Sequence record: NC_018859.1
Length of the DNA stretch: 64,000 nt
Direction: 5' to 3' (one strand)
From: Escherichia phage ECBP2
How positions within the stretch are numbered: the stretch's first letter is position 1; every line of letters starts with the position of its first letter. Position numbers and translations under genes: made by a program. Shown here in pieces: positions 63,154 to 64,000 of this stretch. The notes under the pieces were generated by a model that worked only from the letters and a program-made list of their open reading frames with translations, did no database searches and was not told where the DNA came from.

Positions 63154-63645
63154 TTACTTACTAGCCTTAATGCAGTTGGCTAAATTAACGTGAACGGTAT
63201 AAACAGCGTTATCAGCGTTATTATAAACGGTAGTCGCAAGCATTGATTCGTTCATCGGGCCATAACTGACCAGATTCGTGACAGCTTTCGCATGGCTGTA
63301 ACGTTGTACAGTGCCAAATGTAACTAGTTCAGGATCGTTATCAGTACGCTTGAGAACTAGATCACTGTTAGGCTGATTGTCTAGTGTTTTGGTACTAACG
63401 ACCAGACCATCACGGGAAACGTTACTGAATTTAACTTTTAACACGATTTGATTGGTGTCACTATCCGCACCGTTACAAATCAGCCAACCTTTATTGATGG
63501 AACTAGCGAAAACGTCAGCGGCATTAGTTGCAGGAGCAGGACTAGCGATAGCCTTATCAGAAAGAGAAGTTACCAGTGTACTAACACCGATCGCGGCGAC
63601 TAGCGCATAACTTGCCAGATTAATAGCCTGCATTACTTTCGCCAT
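63154..63645 (-). CDS. secreted protein
   Basis: Signal peptide MAKVMQAINLASYALVAAIGVSTLVTSLSDKAIA; AAGGAG RBS; TTGTCG-N16-TATAGT sigma70-like promoter upstream. Confidence 0.5.
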   Translation of the reverse strand: MAKVMQAINLASYALVAAIGVSTLVTSLSDKAIASPAPATNAADVFASSINKGWLICNGADSDTNQIVLKVKFSNVSRDGLVVSTKTLDNQPNSDLVLKRTDNDPELVTFGTVQRYSHAKAVTNLVSYGPMNESMLATTVYNNADNAVYTVHVNLANCIKASK

Positions 63646-64000
63646 TTTTGTTACTCCTTAGGTAGAATCAATTAACTATTGCCAACTATATAATAAAAGG
63701 AAAGAGCGACAACTATTTATTTTTAGCTTTCTTATAACTCACTGAATCTTAAAGAAATTTAATTTACTAACTTCTCTCATTCAGGGCATAGCTTACTACT
63801 TCTATTGTTACTTTATAACATAACGCCAGACCGACGGGGAGAACGTGCCGCATAAACAGACCTACGGGGCAACGGTACAACGTAACCAGCACGGGGGAAG
63901 GATAAACGGGTAACCTATAATGTATGTTGTTACATGATGCTATTGTTAGCGGCTTGCGGGGATAATATACCAATCAAATAATTAACCCATCAAACTATCA

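Noticed and set aside
63767-63973. - strand ORF of 68 aa at the window end
   Set aside because: No RBS, odd composition, and it lies in what looks like a promoter region for the 63154-63645 operon.
1-64000. CRISPR array, integrase/attachment site or rRNA
   Set aside because: No regularly spaced direct repeats, no tyrosine or serine recombinase motifs, and no rRNA-like sequence were seen.

Overview
The window is almost entirely a tailed-phage genome segment, with no clear host genes. It has two convergent arms. The + strand arm (1-17437) carries virion genes: a 5'-truncated tail fibre, endolysin, Ig-domain tail protein, SLT-domain and Q/N-rich ejection-type proteins and a 1472-aa giant protein. 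The - strand arm (60706 down to 17673) carries replication, nucleotide-metabolism and small early genes. These include a T7-type primase-helicase, a DNA polymerase split into a separate exonuclease gene and a polymerase gene interrupted by a putative HNH-containing group I intron, ThyX, dCTP deaminase, PhoH, a sigma-factor-like protein, an Rz/Rz1-type spanin pair, a Dps-like ferritin, a ProQ/FinO-like protein and a tRNA-Arg(UCU). The arms meet at a bidirectional terminator (17443-17487). The most system-like feature is a contiguous - strand cluster (39952-50407) encoding an ATP-grasp ligase, a class-II glutamine amidotransferase that appears to start at an AUU codon, two glutamine-synthetase-fold amidoligases, a gamma-glutamyl-cyclotransferase-like protein and several unknown proteins. 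Other notable features are an eight-member family of small GDVF-motif proteins, a conserved 3' non-coding element found after two of them, a recurring TAATGTATATA promoter-like motif, and a 1.7-kb non-coding region with a repeated AAAGAGCG motif at the right end. By inference from these features the phage resembles phiEco32-type podoviruses, but this is from memory, not a database search. All calls rest on reading the six-frame translations and the sequence by eye; no homology search was run.
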